From positions 195,029 to 259,028 of the forward strand of contig CAADGV010000007.1 of assembly GCA_900696645.1 (NCBI GenBank): a DNA stretch of 64,000 nt, written 5' to 3'. Below are positions 38,484 to 48,137 of this stretch, piece after piece. Position 1 is the first letter of the stretch; each line of letters begins with the position of its first letter. This DNA is from an uncultured Chlorobiota bacterium. Its GTDB lineage: Bacteria > Bacteroidota > Ignavibacteria > UBA10030 > UBA6906. A program made the position numbers and the translations under genes. The notes under the pieces were generated by a model. It was not told the DNA's origin and did not search any database. It saw only the letters and a program-made list of their open reading frames with translations.

Positions 38484-40592
38484 ATGAAAGAATTTACACC
38501 TGAGAACATTCGCAATGTGGCCCTCATCGGCCACGGAGGGGCGGGGAAGACTTCGTTGGCCGAGGCTCTGCTCTTCTCCGCGGGAAGTACTACGCGCCTC
38601 GGCAAGGTTGAAGAAGGAAATACACTTTCCGACTACCACCCGGACGAAATCGAACGTCAAATCTCCATCAACACATCTGTTCTCTTCTGTGAATGGAAAG
38701 CAACCAAAATCAATATCCTCGACACTCCCGGCTACACGGATTTTACCGGCGAGGTGAAAAGTGCTCTGCGGGTTGCTGACACGGCGTTTGTGCTTGTCAA
38801 GGCCGTTGAAGGTATCGAGGTTGGGACAGAAATTGTCGGCAAGTACACAAATGAGTACAAGACCGGCGTTGTCTTCGTCATCAACAAACTCGACAATGAA
38901 AACTCGGATTTCGACAGAGTCGTGCAGCAATGCCACGACTATGTCAGTCATGAGGTCGAAGTTGTGCAGTTTCCTCTCAATCAGGGGCTTGCATTTGATA
39001 CGGTGATCGATGTGATCAAGATGAAAGCCCTGAAGTACCAGCGCGGCGGCAATGGAAAGTACACGGAATCGGAAATTCCTGCCGAAGCAAAGGAGAAGGC
39101 TGAAACCTACCGCCGCAAGCTGCTTGATGCCGTTGCCGAACTCGACGAAACGTGGATGAACAAATACTTCGAGACAGGGACACTCACGGACGATGAACTG
39201 AAAGCCGGGTTGCATCGCGGGATTCACGAGAGAAATCTCTTCCCGATTCTCTGCTGCTCGGCAGCCCACAACATCGGCGTGACGGATATTCTGGATTTTA
39301 TTGTTGAAGACTGTCCCTCGCCACCGGAAATCGGAGATACACACGCGAGGCCTGTCAGTGTTACGAACGGTAACAACGATGTGACCGTGAAACCCGATCC
39401 GAAGGGTGAACCATCGTTGTTCATTTTCAAGACTGTCTCAGAGGCCCACGTAGGCGAGCTTTCATTCTTCCGGGTGTATTCGGGCACCATTACGCCGGGT
39501 ATGGATATGGTCAACGAAGCGAACGGCAAACCCGAGCGTCTCGCGCAAATCTACATTATGAACGGCAAAGAACGGAAGGACGTCAACAAATTAATGGCGG
39601 GCGATATCGGCGCAGTAGTGAAGTTGAAGGATACACACACCAACGATACGCTCAGCAGCAAAGCATTCCCCGTTGTGTATGCACCGATTGTTTTCCCGGA
39701 GCCTGTGTATCATCTCGGCATTGTTCCGAGGTCGAAGGGGGATGAAGACAAGATTGCAAACGGACTTCATTCTCTTCATCAGGAGGATCCGACATTCGTG
39801 TTCCGTGTGGATGCCGAGTTGCATCAGACGATTATCAGCGGACAGGGTGAGCTTCACCTTCAGGTAATCGTGAAGCGGCTCAAGCAAAAATTCAATGTTG
39901 ATGTTGATCTTGTTGAACCGAAAGTGGCGTATCGTGAAACGATCAAAGCCATTGCAAAAGATGCCGAGTACAAACACAAAAAGCAAAGCGGCGGTCACGG
40001 ACAATACGGCCACGTTCATCTCCGTCTTGAGCCGTTGAAGCGGGGACAAGGGTTTGAATTCCTCGATGAGATTGTGGGTGGCGTTGTTCCCGGAAAGTTC
40101 ATCCCGGCGGTGGAAAAAGGTGTCGTCGAGACGATGAAGGAAGGTGTGCTTGCCGGCTATCCCGTGGTGGACGTTCGCGTGGCGCTGCATTACGGTTCGT
40201 ATCACGATGTAGATTCGTCCGAAATGGCCTTCAAGATTGCCGGTTCGCAGGCATTCAAGAAAGGGTTCATGGAAGCAAAGCCGATTCTTCTTGAGCCGAT
40301 CTACAACATCGAAGTGAAGGTTCCGGAAGATGCGATGGGTGAAGTCATGGGAGATATTTCCGGCAGACGCGGGAAGATTCTCGGAATGGACAGCGCGGGG
40401 CATTACCAGATTATCCGGGCACAGGTGCCGCAGGCCGAACTTCACAAATATGCAACGGTTCTTCGCTCGAAAACCGGCGGGCGGGGCGTCTTCAGTGCCA
40501 GCATGTCGCATTACGAGGAAGTGCCGAGAGAACAGGTGGAGAAGATCATCGCGGCATCAGATAAGAACAAGAACAAAGAGCAGGAAGCATAA
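38484..40592 (+). CDS. fusA: Elongation factor G paralog (EF-G II type)
   Basis: GHGGAGKT, DTPGYTDF, NKLD, GQGELHL, KKQSGGHGQYG, GSYHDVDSS; not in an rpsL-rpsG-tuf operon. Confidence 0.92.
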   Translation: MKEFTPENIRNVALIGHGGAGKTSLAEALLFSAGSTTRLGKVEEGNTLSDYHPDEIERQISINTSVLFCEWKATKINILDTPGYTDFTGEVKSALRVADTAFVLVKAVEGIEVGTEIVGKYTNEYKTGVVFVINKLDNENSDFDRVVQQCHDYVSHEVEVVQFPLNQGLAFDTVIDVIKMKALKYQRGGNGKYTESEIPAEAKEKAETYRRKLLDAVAELDETWMNKYFETGTLTDDELKAGLHRGIHERNLFPILCCSAAHNIGVTDILDFIVEDCPSPPEIGDTHARPVSVTNGNNDVTVKPDPKGEPSLFIFKTVSEAHVGELSFFRVYSGTITPGMDMVNEANGKPERLAQIYIMNGKERKDVNKLMAGDIGAVVKLKDTHTNDTLSSKAFPVVYAPIVFPEPVYHLGIVPRSKGDEDKIANGLHSLHQEDPTFVFRVDAELHQTIISGQGELHLQVIVKRLKQKFNVDVDLVEPKVAYRETIKAIAKDAEYKHKKQSGGHGQYGHVHLRLEPLKRGQGFEFLDEIVGGVVPGKFIPAVEKGVVETMKEGVLAGYPVVDVRVALHYGSYHDVDSSEMAFKIAGSQAFKKGFMEAKPILLEPIYNIEVKVPEDAMGEVMGDISGRRGKILGMDSAGHYQIIRAQVPQAELHKYATVLRSKTGGRGVFSASMSHYEEVPREQVEKIIAASDKNKNKEQEA

Positions 40593-40610
40593 TTTCGTTA
40601 TTGTCCCGGA

Positions 40611-40646
40611 GAAAGGTTGGCGCCGAAAGCTCCAACCTTTTTCTTT
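40611..40646 (+). terminator. Intrinsic terminator after EF-G paralog
   Basis: aaaggttgg / ccaaccttt stem followed by T residues. Confidence 0.8.
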
Positions 40647-40717
40647 GCATCAAACTTTCATATTTTGCGGGCCGTTGGGGGAGATGCAGGCGGTGTTCAC
40701 TCTAATCAGGAGAGTTC

Positions 40718-41269
40718 ATGAAACGCATGTGGTCGCCGTGGCGTTCGGCATATTTGGAGACGTTCAAAGATCTGCCCAAGAAAAGCAAATCGGGGAAGAG
40801 CATTTTCATACGGGCGTTGGAAGAGAATGACGACGACAAACACTTCATCGTCCACCGGGGAAAGTACTGTTTTGTCATCCTGAACCTGTACCCGTACAAC
40901 AGCGGCCATCTGATGGTTGTCCCGTACAAGCAAACGGGGCGCTTCGATCGACTTTCTGATGCCGAGCTTGCCGAAGCCATGAAACTGGTACGCATCAGCA
41001 TCAATGCGCTTGATAAGAATATGAAGCCCGAGGGGTTCAATTTTGGCGCAAACCTCGGACGCGTTGCCGGGGCCGGAGTCAAGGGTCATGTCCACTTCCA
41101 CATTGTGCCCCGCTGGAACGGCGACACGAATTTCATGCCTGTTCTCTCCGATACAAAGGTGATTTCCGAGGATATGCGTACAACGATGCTGAAATTACGC
41201 AAAGCTTTCAAACAGGCAGATGGCATCAAACGCAAGAAGCAGAAGCAGAGCGGCTCGTCCCGGCGTTAA
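40718..41269 (+). CDS. HIT-domain protein (Ap4A phosphorylase/hydrolase-like)
   Basis: WSPWR, LNLYPYNSGHLM, NLGRVAGAG, HVHFHIVPRWNGD. Confidence 0.9.
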   Translation: MKRMWSPWRSAYLETFKDLPKKSKSGKSIFIRALEENDDDKHFIVHRGKYCFVILNLYPYNSGHLMVVPYKQTGRFDRLSDAELAEAMKLVRISINALDKNMKPEGFNFGANLGRVAGAGVKGHVHFHIVPRWNGDTNFMPVLSDTKVISEDMRTTMLKLRKAFKQADGIKRKKQKQSGSSRR

Positions 41270-41294
41270 ACATTCTCCCGAAAACCTTGTCTAA
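41266..41294 (+). promoter_or_regulatory. Putative ECF-sigma autoregulatory promoter
   Basis: AAAC (41268-41271)-17 nt-GTCTA (41289-41293) just upstream of the ECF gene. Confidence 0.5.
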
Positions 41295-41315
41295 TACAGT
41301 AGACGACAAAGGTAC

Positions 41316-41879
41316 ATGAACCCACTGACCGACCTCGAACTTGTGCAACAAGTTCGGAAGGGAAAGCGAGAAGCTTATACGGAACTGATGCGACGTTACC
41401 AGCAACGCGTGTACTGGGTCGCCCGTCGGATTGTGGGCAATCATGACGATGCCGATGATATTGCGCAGGAGACGTTTGTGAAGGCGTATCTTGCGCTGGG
41501 TGATTTTCGGGGCGATTCAGGATTCTTCACGTGGCTGTACCGGATTGCGGTGAATCTGTCGCTTAACACAATTCGCAAACAGCAGGTGATGAACTACCTG
41601 CGGGAGAGCCCGATGATCTCGTCTCTGCTGCCCGCGAAGGAGAATCCTCACGCAGAGCTGGAAGCGAAAGAGTTGGAATCGAAATTACAGCGGGCTGTTG
41701 CCCTTCTGCCGGAAAAGCAAAAGGCGGTTTTTGTAATGCGATATTATGAGGAGATGAACTACGAGGAGATTTCCGAAGTTCTCAAAACAACGGTCGGCGG
41801 ACTGAAGGCGAACTATTTTCATGCACTGAAAAAAGTGCAGGAGTATCTGAAAGATGAAATTGCGACGATCAAAGATTGA
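41316..41879 (+). CDS. ECF RNA polymerase sigma factor
   Basis: DADDIAQETFVKA, FFTWLYRIAVN, region 4 YEEISEVL. Confidence 0.95.
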   Translation: MNPLTDLELVQQVRKGKREAYTELMRRYQQRVYWVARRIVGNHDDADDIAQETFVKAYLALGDFRGDSGFFTWLYRIAVNLSLNTIRKQQVMNYLRESPMISSLLPAKENPHAELEAKELESKLQRAVALLPEKQKAVFVMRYYEEMNYEEISEVLKTTVGGLKANYFHALKKVQEYLKDEIATIKD

Positions 41880-42387
41880 AATAACCGATTCGGCGGAACG
41901 CGAAGCAGAAGAAGCCGTACGGCGTCTTGCATCGGAATCGACAGAATCAGGGATGTCGATTCCCTCAGCAACTCATTTTGCCAATCTGATCGTCAGGACG
42001 AATCAACGCATCGATCATGTCACCAGCGGCGCGGCGCTTTCCATCAGTTGGCTGGCACGTGTTGCCGTACCCGGTGTCGTTGCAATTCTCTTCTTCTTCA
42101 TCGGATTGCATTACTACGGGCCCGGGACCACCAGTCGTAACAGTTCGATAGCGGAAGCCATGCGTGCTCTCCCTGCCGGTGTGATCGATTCGCTGTTGTA
42201 CGAATCGTCGGCTGCTTCCGGCTCCGTCGCAGCTGAAATTCCTGATGACGTGCTTGATGTATCGAACGTCCAACTGGCCGAGTTCTATTTTGCCTCGGGA
42301 ATGCCGGCGAGTATTCTGGAAACACTTCCGCAGCAGCAGGTGGCGGAGATTGCCGCAATCCTTGAATCCCGTTCGACGAATCTCTAA
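41854..42387 (+). CDS. Putative single-TM anti-sigma factor
   Basis: Overlaps the sigma 3' end; one TM (VAVPGVVAILFFFIGL). Confidence 0.6.
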   Translation: MKLRRSKIEITDSAEREAEEAVRRLASESTESGMSIPSATHFANLIVRTNQRIDHVTSGAALSISWLARVAVPGVVAILFFFIGLHYYGPGTTSRNSSIAEAMRALPAGVIDSLLYESSAASGSVAAEIPDDVLDVSNVQLAEFYFASGMPASILETLPQQQVAEIAAILESRSTNL

Positions 42388-42414
42388 AACATGAAACAAC
42401 AGGAGTCATCAAAC

Positions 42415-42888
42415 ATGAGAACTCTACTCGCAACATTCGTGCTGCTGTTCTGCGCAACATTCGTCTATGCTCAGCCTCCCGTGGGCGGACCCGGATTTGA
42501 GCGGGTTGAACGGTTCAAGAAAATGCGAATGGTGGAGATGCTGGAGTTGAACGAGGAACAATCCGTGCGCTTCTTCGCCCGTCACACCGAGATGGAAAAC
42601 ACCCGACGGGCATTGGAGAAGCAACGCGACGAAGTACTCGACAAAATCGAGCGTCTCATCCGCAACAAGGCGGATGCAAAAGAGTACGAGAAGCTTTTCT
42701 CTGAAGTCGAATCTCTCAACAGACAAATCGGGGAAGAGAGGCAGAAGTTCTTCAATGGACTTGGCGATGTGCTCACGGTTGAGCAGCAGGCCAAGTTGCT
42801 GCTCTTTGAGCGCAGGTTCGAGAAGGAATTGCGCGAGGCAATCCGCGAATCCCAGCAACGCCGCCGCGGAAGAATGGGCGACATGTAA
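42415..42888 (+). CDS. Spy/CpxP-like periplasmic protein
   Basis: Signal peptide; LELNEEQ and LTVEQQ (LTxxQ-type) motifs. Confidence 0.72.
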   Translation: MRTLLATFVLLFCATFVYAQPPVGGPGFERVERFKKMRMVEMLELNEEQSVRFFARHTEMENTRRALEKQRDEVLDKIERLIRNKADAKEYEKLFSEVESLNRQIGEERQKFFNGLGDVLTVEQQAKLLLFERRFEKELREAIRESQQRRRGRMGDM

Positions 42889-42980
42889 CGCATTCTTCCG
42901 ATCAAATTACTCCAACCCGAAACGGAGGCATATCTCACCAACTGCCTCCAATGTATATCATATCAATTACCAAGAAGCGG

Positions 42981-44309
42981 ATGTTTATTCTACGCTCCCG
43001 GCGCATCGTCACTCCTGATGGATTGCGAGATGCCGCAGTAGTCATCAACGATGGCAGAATCAGCGATGTCATCAATCCGGACGCCATTCCTTCAGGTGCA
43101 GATATCGAAGATGTCGGAGAGTTGGTTGTTGCGCCGGGACTTGTTGATCCGCACGTTCACATCAACGAGCCGGGCCGGACGGAATGGGAGGGATTTGCAA
43201 CTGCGACACAATCCGCCGCCGCCGGAGGGATAACTGCTGTTGTTGACATGCCATTAAATAACTCTCCGGTTACGACAACAGTCGAGGCTTTTGAAAAGAA
43301 ATTGGCGGCTGCAAAGGGGAAGTTGCATGTAGATTGTGGCTTTCATGCCGGACTTGTTCCTGACAATGCATCGTTGATGGAGCCTCTCTTTAGATCGGGC
43401 GTGCTTGGAGTGAAGGCTTTTCTGATCGATTCCGGAATCGATGAATTCCCTCCGACATCGGAGGAGAACTTACGTACAGCAATGCCTGCAATTGCAGAAG
43501 CCGGCCTGCCCCTGCTCGTCCACGCAGAGTTGCAGACTCTGCCGTTTCAAGCCGTGCCTCAGTATGCACGAAGTTATGCCGCATATCTCAACTCCAGACC
43601 AAGACAATGGGAAAACAACGCCATTGCAATGTTGATCCGGCTCTCCGAAGAATTCGGTTGCAGAGTACACATTGTTCACTTATCTTCATCAGAAGCTGTT
43701 TCAATGCTGCGGAAAGCGAAATTGCGCGGCGTGAAGATAACAGCAGAAACGTGTCCGCATTATCTCTTTTTTTCTGCAGAAGAAATTCCTGAGGGCGCTA
43801 CGCAGTTCAAATGTGCTCCGCCTATTCGTGAGAGAGAGAACAACGAGAAACTCTGGGAGGCATTGCGTGATGGCATCATCGATTTCATCGCATCGGATCA
43901 TTCGCCCTGCCCTCCCGAAATGAAGTTGATGGAAACGGGCGATTTCATGAATGCATGGGGTGGAATAGCGTCTCTGCAATTCAGCATGTCAATAATGTGG
44001 ACGGAAATGCGGAGAAGAGGTTTTTCGATTTCGGATATTTCCAGATTGATGTCGGCACGTCCCGCAGCACTCGTCGGGCTGGAGAGGAGGAAAGGCAAGA
44101 TCGCCCCAACGTATGATGCCGACCTTGTTGTGTGGAATCCTGAAGAGTCATTCACTGTCGAACCGTCATTAATCCATCATCGTCACAAGATGACTCCGTA
44201 CGAAGGACGAATTTTGTACGGCAAAGTGAAGGCAACATACGTTCGAGGTATCAGAGTGTTTGATGACGGGAAATTCTCGACAGCGGCAGGCAGAATTCTT
44301 ACACGGTAG
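42981..44309 (+). CDS. allB: Allantoinase
   Basis: DPHVHINEPGRTEWEGF, DMPLN, ETCPHY, KCAPPIR, SDHSP, AWGGI. Confidence 0.95.
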   Translation: MFILRSRRIVTPDGLRDAAVVINDGRISDVINPDAIPSGADIEDVGELVVAPGLVDPHVHINEPGRTEWEGFATATQSAAAGGITAVVDMPLNNSPVTTTVEAFEKKLAAAKGKLHVDCGFHAGLVPDNASLMEPLFRSGVLGVKAFLIDSGIDEFPPTSEENLRTAMPAIAEAGLPLLVHAELQTLPFQAVPQYARSYAAYLNSRPRQWENNAIAMLIRLSEEFGCRVHIVHLSSSEAVSMLRKAKLRGVKITAETCPHYLFFSAEEIPEGATQFKCAPPIRERENNEKLWEALRDGIIDFIASDHSPCPPEMKLMETGDFMNAWGGIASLQFSMSIMWTEMRRRGFSISDISRLMSARPAALVGLERRKGKIAPTYDADLVVWNPEESFTVEPSLIHHRHKMTPYEGRILYGKVKATYVRGIRVFDDGKFSTAAGRILTR

Positions 44310-44351
44310 CGCATAGTTCATCAGTTCACAATCCAAAATCCCTCAAAATGA

Positions 44352-45374
44352 ATGTCTCTGGATACTGAAAGCGCCGCGGCTTTTTCCGGCCTTATTGATC
44401 TTGCCTCCGAACGATTGGGCGGCAAAGCGCTGATTGCAAGTGACGAATTTTTTGCCGAAAAGCAAAATCTCCTGAAGCCCGGCCGCGGTATTTTCATACC
44501 GGACAAATACACTGATCGCGGCAAGTGGATGGACGGGTGGGAATCACGCCGAAAGCGTACGCCGGGACATGATTGGTGCATTGTCAAGCTTGGATTCGCA
44601 GGAATCATCAAGGGCGTCGATATCGATACGAATCATTTTGTCGGAAATAGTCCGGCTTATGCTTCGATTGAAGCATGCAGTACCTTGGGCGATCCATCGA
44701 GCGAGTTGTTAGCCGGCCCCGGGACGCAATGGTTTGAAATTCTGCAAAAGTCGCCGCTTCGCCCCGGCGTACAGAATCTCTTTGCAGTTGCAAACGACAT
44801 GGTGTGGACTCATGTTCGTCTCAACATCTTTCCCGATGGCGGTGTCGCCCGGCTAAGAATTTATGGAGATGTTATTCCCGATTGGAACAGCTTGAAGCAA
44901 GGGGAACTGATCGACCTTGCATACATTGGCTCAGGCGGAAAGGTTGTAGCTGCGAGCGACATGTTTTTCGGTAAGAAAGAGAATCTCATTATGCCCGGAC
45001 GGGCTGTTAATATGGGAGATGGCTGGGAGACGAAACGCCGCCGCGGGCCGGGTCACGATTGGGTAATTCTTCAGTTGGGTGCGCCGTGCACGGTTCAGAA
45101 GATCGAGGTGGACACATGCCATTTCAAAGGCAACTATCCCGATCGATGCTCAATCGATGCGCTGTATGCTCCCGATTCCACCGTCGATGCGTTGACGTGG
45201 CTGGAGTTTCAGTGGAAGGAAATTCTTCCTCAAACAAAGTTGCAAGCTGATACCCAACACTCCTTCGAAAAGGAGTTGAAACCTCTTGATGTTTGCACGC
45301 ATGTCCGGCTGAATATCTATCCTGATGGGGGAGTAAGCAGAATGCGGGTATTGGGGCGTGTTGCTTCCGAATGA
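44352..45374 (+). CDS. alc: Allantoicase
   Basis: Two repeats: SDEFF...WMDGWESRRKR and MGDGWETKRRR, each followed by RLNI.PDGGV.R. Confidence 0.96.
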   Translation: MSLDTESAAAFSGLIDLASERLGGKALIASDEFFAEKQNLLKPGRGIFIPDKYTDRGKWMDGWESRRKRTPGHDWCIVKLGFAGIIKGVDIDTNHFVGNSPAYASIEACSTLGDPSSELLAGPGTQWFEILQKSPLRPGVQNLFAVANDMVWTHVRLNIFPDGGVARLRIYGDVIPDWNSLKQGELIDLAYIGSGGKVVAASDMFFGKKENLIMPGRAVNMGDGWETKRRRGPGHDWVILQLGAPCTVQKIEVDTCHFKGNYPDRCSIDALYAPDSTVDALTWLEFQWKEILPQTKLQADTQHSFEKELKPLDVCTHVRLNIYPDGGVSRMRVLGRVASE

Positions 45375-45381
45375 CTAAAGT

Positions 45382-45894
45382 ATGACTCTGCACGAATTCA
45401 ACAGTCTCAGCAATGAGGCAGCGTTGGATGAACTATTGCGATGTTGCGGCTCACGCCGTTGGGCGAAGCAAATGGTTGCACGACGCCCGTTTTCGACGCA
45501 GGATCAAGTGTTTGCCGCAGCCGATGAGATATGGCAGAGTTTCGCCGAATCAGATTGGAGGGAAGCTTTTGCCCATCATCCGAAGATCGGCGACGTAAAG
45601 AGTTTGCAGGAAAAGTTTGCGTCTACCGCACGCTGGGCTTCAACTGAACAAGGCGGCGTTGTGACAGCGAGCGAGGAAACTCTAAGAAGTCTCGCTGAAC
45701 GAAATCAACAGTACGAAATGAAGTTTGGCTATATCTTCATAGTCTGCGCAACCGGAAAATCCGCTGAAGAGATGCTGGCACTTCTCAATAGTAGAATGTC
45801 GAATCTTCCGGATACTGAGATTCTCGTTGCCGCCTCAGAGCAAGCAAGCATCACACGGCTCCGGCTCAAAAAACTGTTATCAGTTGAATCGTAA
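45382..45894 (+). CDS. uraD: OHCU decarboxylase
   Basis: AFAHHPKIG, EQGG, YEMKFGYIFIVCATG, EQ..IT..RL. Confidence 0.94.
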   Translation: MTLHEFNSLSNEAALDELLRCCGSRRWAKQMVARRPFSTQDQVFAAADEIWQSFAESDWREAFAHHPKIGDVKSLQEKFASTARWASTEQGGVVTASEETLRSLAERNQQYEMKFGYIFIVCATGKSAEEMLALLNSRMSNLPDTEILVAASEQASITRLRLKKLLSVES

Positions 45895-45930
45895 ACAAAT
45901 GTCCATACATCTTCTGTAATACTGAATCCC

Positions 45931-47376
45931 ATGCAATCCAACGGACAGCGCCTTGTTGAAGTTGACGACATTCTCTCCAATCTTCGGGAAGCAAACTATG
46001 CATTTGCAGCCCGATATCCCGGCGATACAGGTTTGCGTCAACCGGTTCATACCGTGTACGGCGGGGCGCAAATTTTCAGGTCGGATACAGCAAGAAAGTT
46101 GGGTGAAGTCGGGTTGCGTGCATTCCGTGAATATGCTCCCGATTTTGTTGTGTTTGCCCGGGCGATTCAGTTGCCGGGGTTCGAGTCGCTCCCGAAATCT
46201 GCAAAACAGATTGCGGCATTAACCGGGATGCTGAAGAATAATCCCGATAGGGTGAAACAGAAGAACCGCGGCGCTTGGCTTGCCTACACTATTTACCACC
46301 GGATAGTCGACAAACTGAAATCCGAACCGGTGGAAGATTTCAGAATTGATTTTGAGGATGGCTACGGCAACCGCGTGGACACGGAAGAGGACGGACACGC
46401 AGAGTTCATAGCGAAGGAAGTTGCAAAAGGAATGTACGAAGGAACTCTTCCTCCGTTCATCGGCATCCGCGTCAAGCCGTTGACCGAGGAACTGAAAGCC
46501 CGAAGCGTTCGAACGTTGAGCATCTTTATTTCGACCCTGGTCAGGGAAACCGGAGGGAAGCTGCCGTCAAATTTTGTTGTGACGATCCCGAAAGTAACCA
46601 TACCGGATCATGTTACTGCAATCGTAGAACTCTGTAAGAAACTCGAGCGGGAAACGGGGCTTGATTCCGGTGTGCTCAAGCTTGAGTTGATGATCGAAAC
46701 GCCGCAATCGATTTTCAACGCAAAAGGAGAGTCGCATATTCCGTTGCTTGCTGAAGCAGGAGAAGGACGGATCGTGGGGATGCATTTCGGGGTCTACGAT
46801 TACACGGCTCTCTGCGAAATCACAGCCGCTCACCAAGCGATGCGCCACCCCGCATGTGATTTTGCCCGACACATGATGAAAGTGGCGCTTGCCCAGACCG
46901 GCATCAACATTTCCGACGGCGCAACGAACATCATGCCGGTCGGGCCTCACCGCGCTGCTGGCGGAAAAATGCTGACGCCAAAGCAACGCGCCGAGAACAC
47001 GTCGGCGGTCCATCGTGCATGGAAGTTGGCTTTCGACGATACAATGCACTCACTCAAGCACGGCTTCTACCAGGGCTGGGATTTGCATCCGGCGCAATTA
47101 TGCGTGCGTTATGCTGCAGTGTATTCATTCTTTCTTGAAGGACTCGACATAGCAACGCTACGCTTGAAATCCTTTATGGAGAAAGCGGCACAAGCCACAC
47201 TCATCGGCGATGTGTTTGATGATGCGGCGACGGGACAAGGTTTGCTGAATTATTTCCTGCGCGGGATAAGTTGTAAGGCAATCACCGAAGAGGAAGCATC
47301 AGCTACCGGCTTAACGCTTGATGAGTTGCGCAGCAGGTCGTTTCTCAAGATACTGAACGGAAGAAGACCTAAGTAG
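45931..47376 (+). CDS. CitE/malate-synthase-like TIM-barrel enzyme (DUF6986-like)
   Basis: QPVHTVYGGA, RIDFEDG, GIRVK, MIETP, HFGVYDY, DGATN, QGWDLHPAQ. Confidence 0.8.
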   Translation: MQSNGQRLVEVDDILSNLREANYAFAARYPGDTGLRQPVHTVYGGAQIFRSDTARKLGEVGLRAFREYAPDFVVFARAIQLPGFESLPKSAKQIAALTGMLKNNPDRVKQKNRGAWLAYTIYHRIVDKLKSEPVEDFRIDFEDGYGNRVDTEEDGHAEFIAKEVAKGMYEGTLPPFIGIRVKPLTEELKARSVRTLSIFISTLVRETGGKLPSNFVVTIPKVTIPDHVTAIVELCKKLERETGLDSGVLKLELMIETPQSIFNAKGESHIPLLAEAGEGRIVGMHFGVYDYTALCEITAAHQAMRHPACDFARHMMKVALAQTGINISDGATNIMPVGPHRAAGGKMLTPKQRAENTSAVHRAWKLAFDDTMHSLKHGFYQGWDLHPAQLCVRYAAVYSFFLEGLDIATLRLKSFMEKAAQATLIGDVFDDAATGQGLLNYFLRGISCKAITEEEASATGLTLDELRSRSFLKILNGRRPK

Positions 47377-47443
47377 CTTCTTTCGGCGAGCGGTTCCGGC
47401 GTCGTCTATCAGACTTCCAATGCCAGAAATGGGGCAGCAAGAA

Positions 47444-47472
47444 TTGACACCCGTCATCAGTGAAAGTACATT
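47444..47472 (+). promoter_or_regulatory. Sigma70 promoter for trpF-like/SGNH/uraH
   Basis: TTGACA-17 nt-TACATT. Confidence 0.7.
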
Positions 47473-47486
47473 TCCAATAGAATGAC

Positions 47487-48137
47487 ATGATGAGAACGAG
47501 AGTCAAAGTGTGCTGCATCAGCAGCATCGATGAAGCCCGGCTTGCAATCCGCTGCGGGGCTTCAGCATTGGGACTCGTATCTGCAATGCCGAGCGGCCCC
47601 GGCCCGATTCCTGAGGAATTGATTGCCGAAATAGCCGCTGTGATTCCGCCCGGCGTAGCTTCATTCCTGCTGACATCGAAACAGGATGCCGATTCGATTA
47701 TCAAGCAACAGCGGCGGTGCCGGACGAACACTCTGCAATTAGTTGACAGAGTATCCGTTCAAACGTACCAGGAACTGAGACGGGAGTTGCCCGGCATCGG
47801 GCTCGTGCAAGTTGTTCACGTAACGGGAGAGGAATCGATTGTCGAAGCGATAACGGTATCAGAATTTGTGGATGCAATCTTGTTGGACTCCGGGAATCAA
47901 TCCCTTCCTGTGAAGGAACTTGGCGGTACGGGCCGCACGCATGATTGGAATCTCAGCAGGCAAATTGTGGAATCCGTGAGCGTACCTGTGTATCTTGCGG
48001 GTGGCCTGAAATCTGAAAATGTGGCTGAGGCAATCAGACAAGTCCATCCTTTTGCCGTCGATTTATGCAGCGGTGTCCGTACGGATGGCAAACTTGATGA
48101 AAGCAAGCTGGCCGCGTTCTTCAACGAGATACAATGA
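47487..48137 (+). CDS. trpF: Phosphoribosylanthranilate isomerase-like protein
   Basis: RVKVCC, LLDS...GGTGRTHDW, LAGGL...NV, VDLCSGV. Confidence 0.82.
   Translation: MMRTRVKVCCISSIDEARLAIRCGASALGLVSAMPSGPGPIPEELIAEIAAVIPPGVASFLLTSKQDADSIIKQQRRCRTNTLQLVDRVSVQTYQELRRELPGIGLVQVVHVTGEESIVEAITVSEFVDAILLDSGNQSLPVKELGGTGRTHDWNLSRQIVESVSVPVYLAGGLKSENVAEAIRQVHPFAVDLCSGVRTDGKLDESKLAAFFNEIQ

Noticed and set aside
38448..40511. Long antisense ORFs (298 and 306 aa) over the EF-G paralog, and similar ones over ymdB, lon and the M13 peptidase
   Set aside because: Shadow frames of conserved genes with no recognisable motifs.
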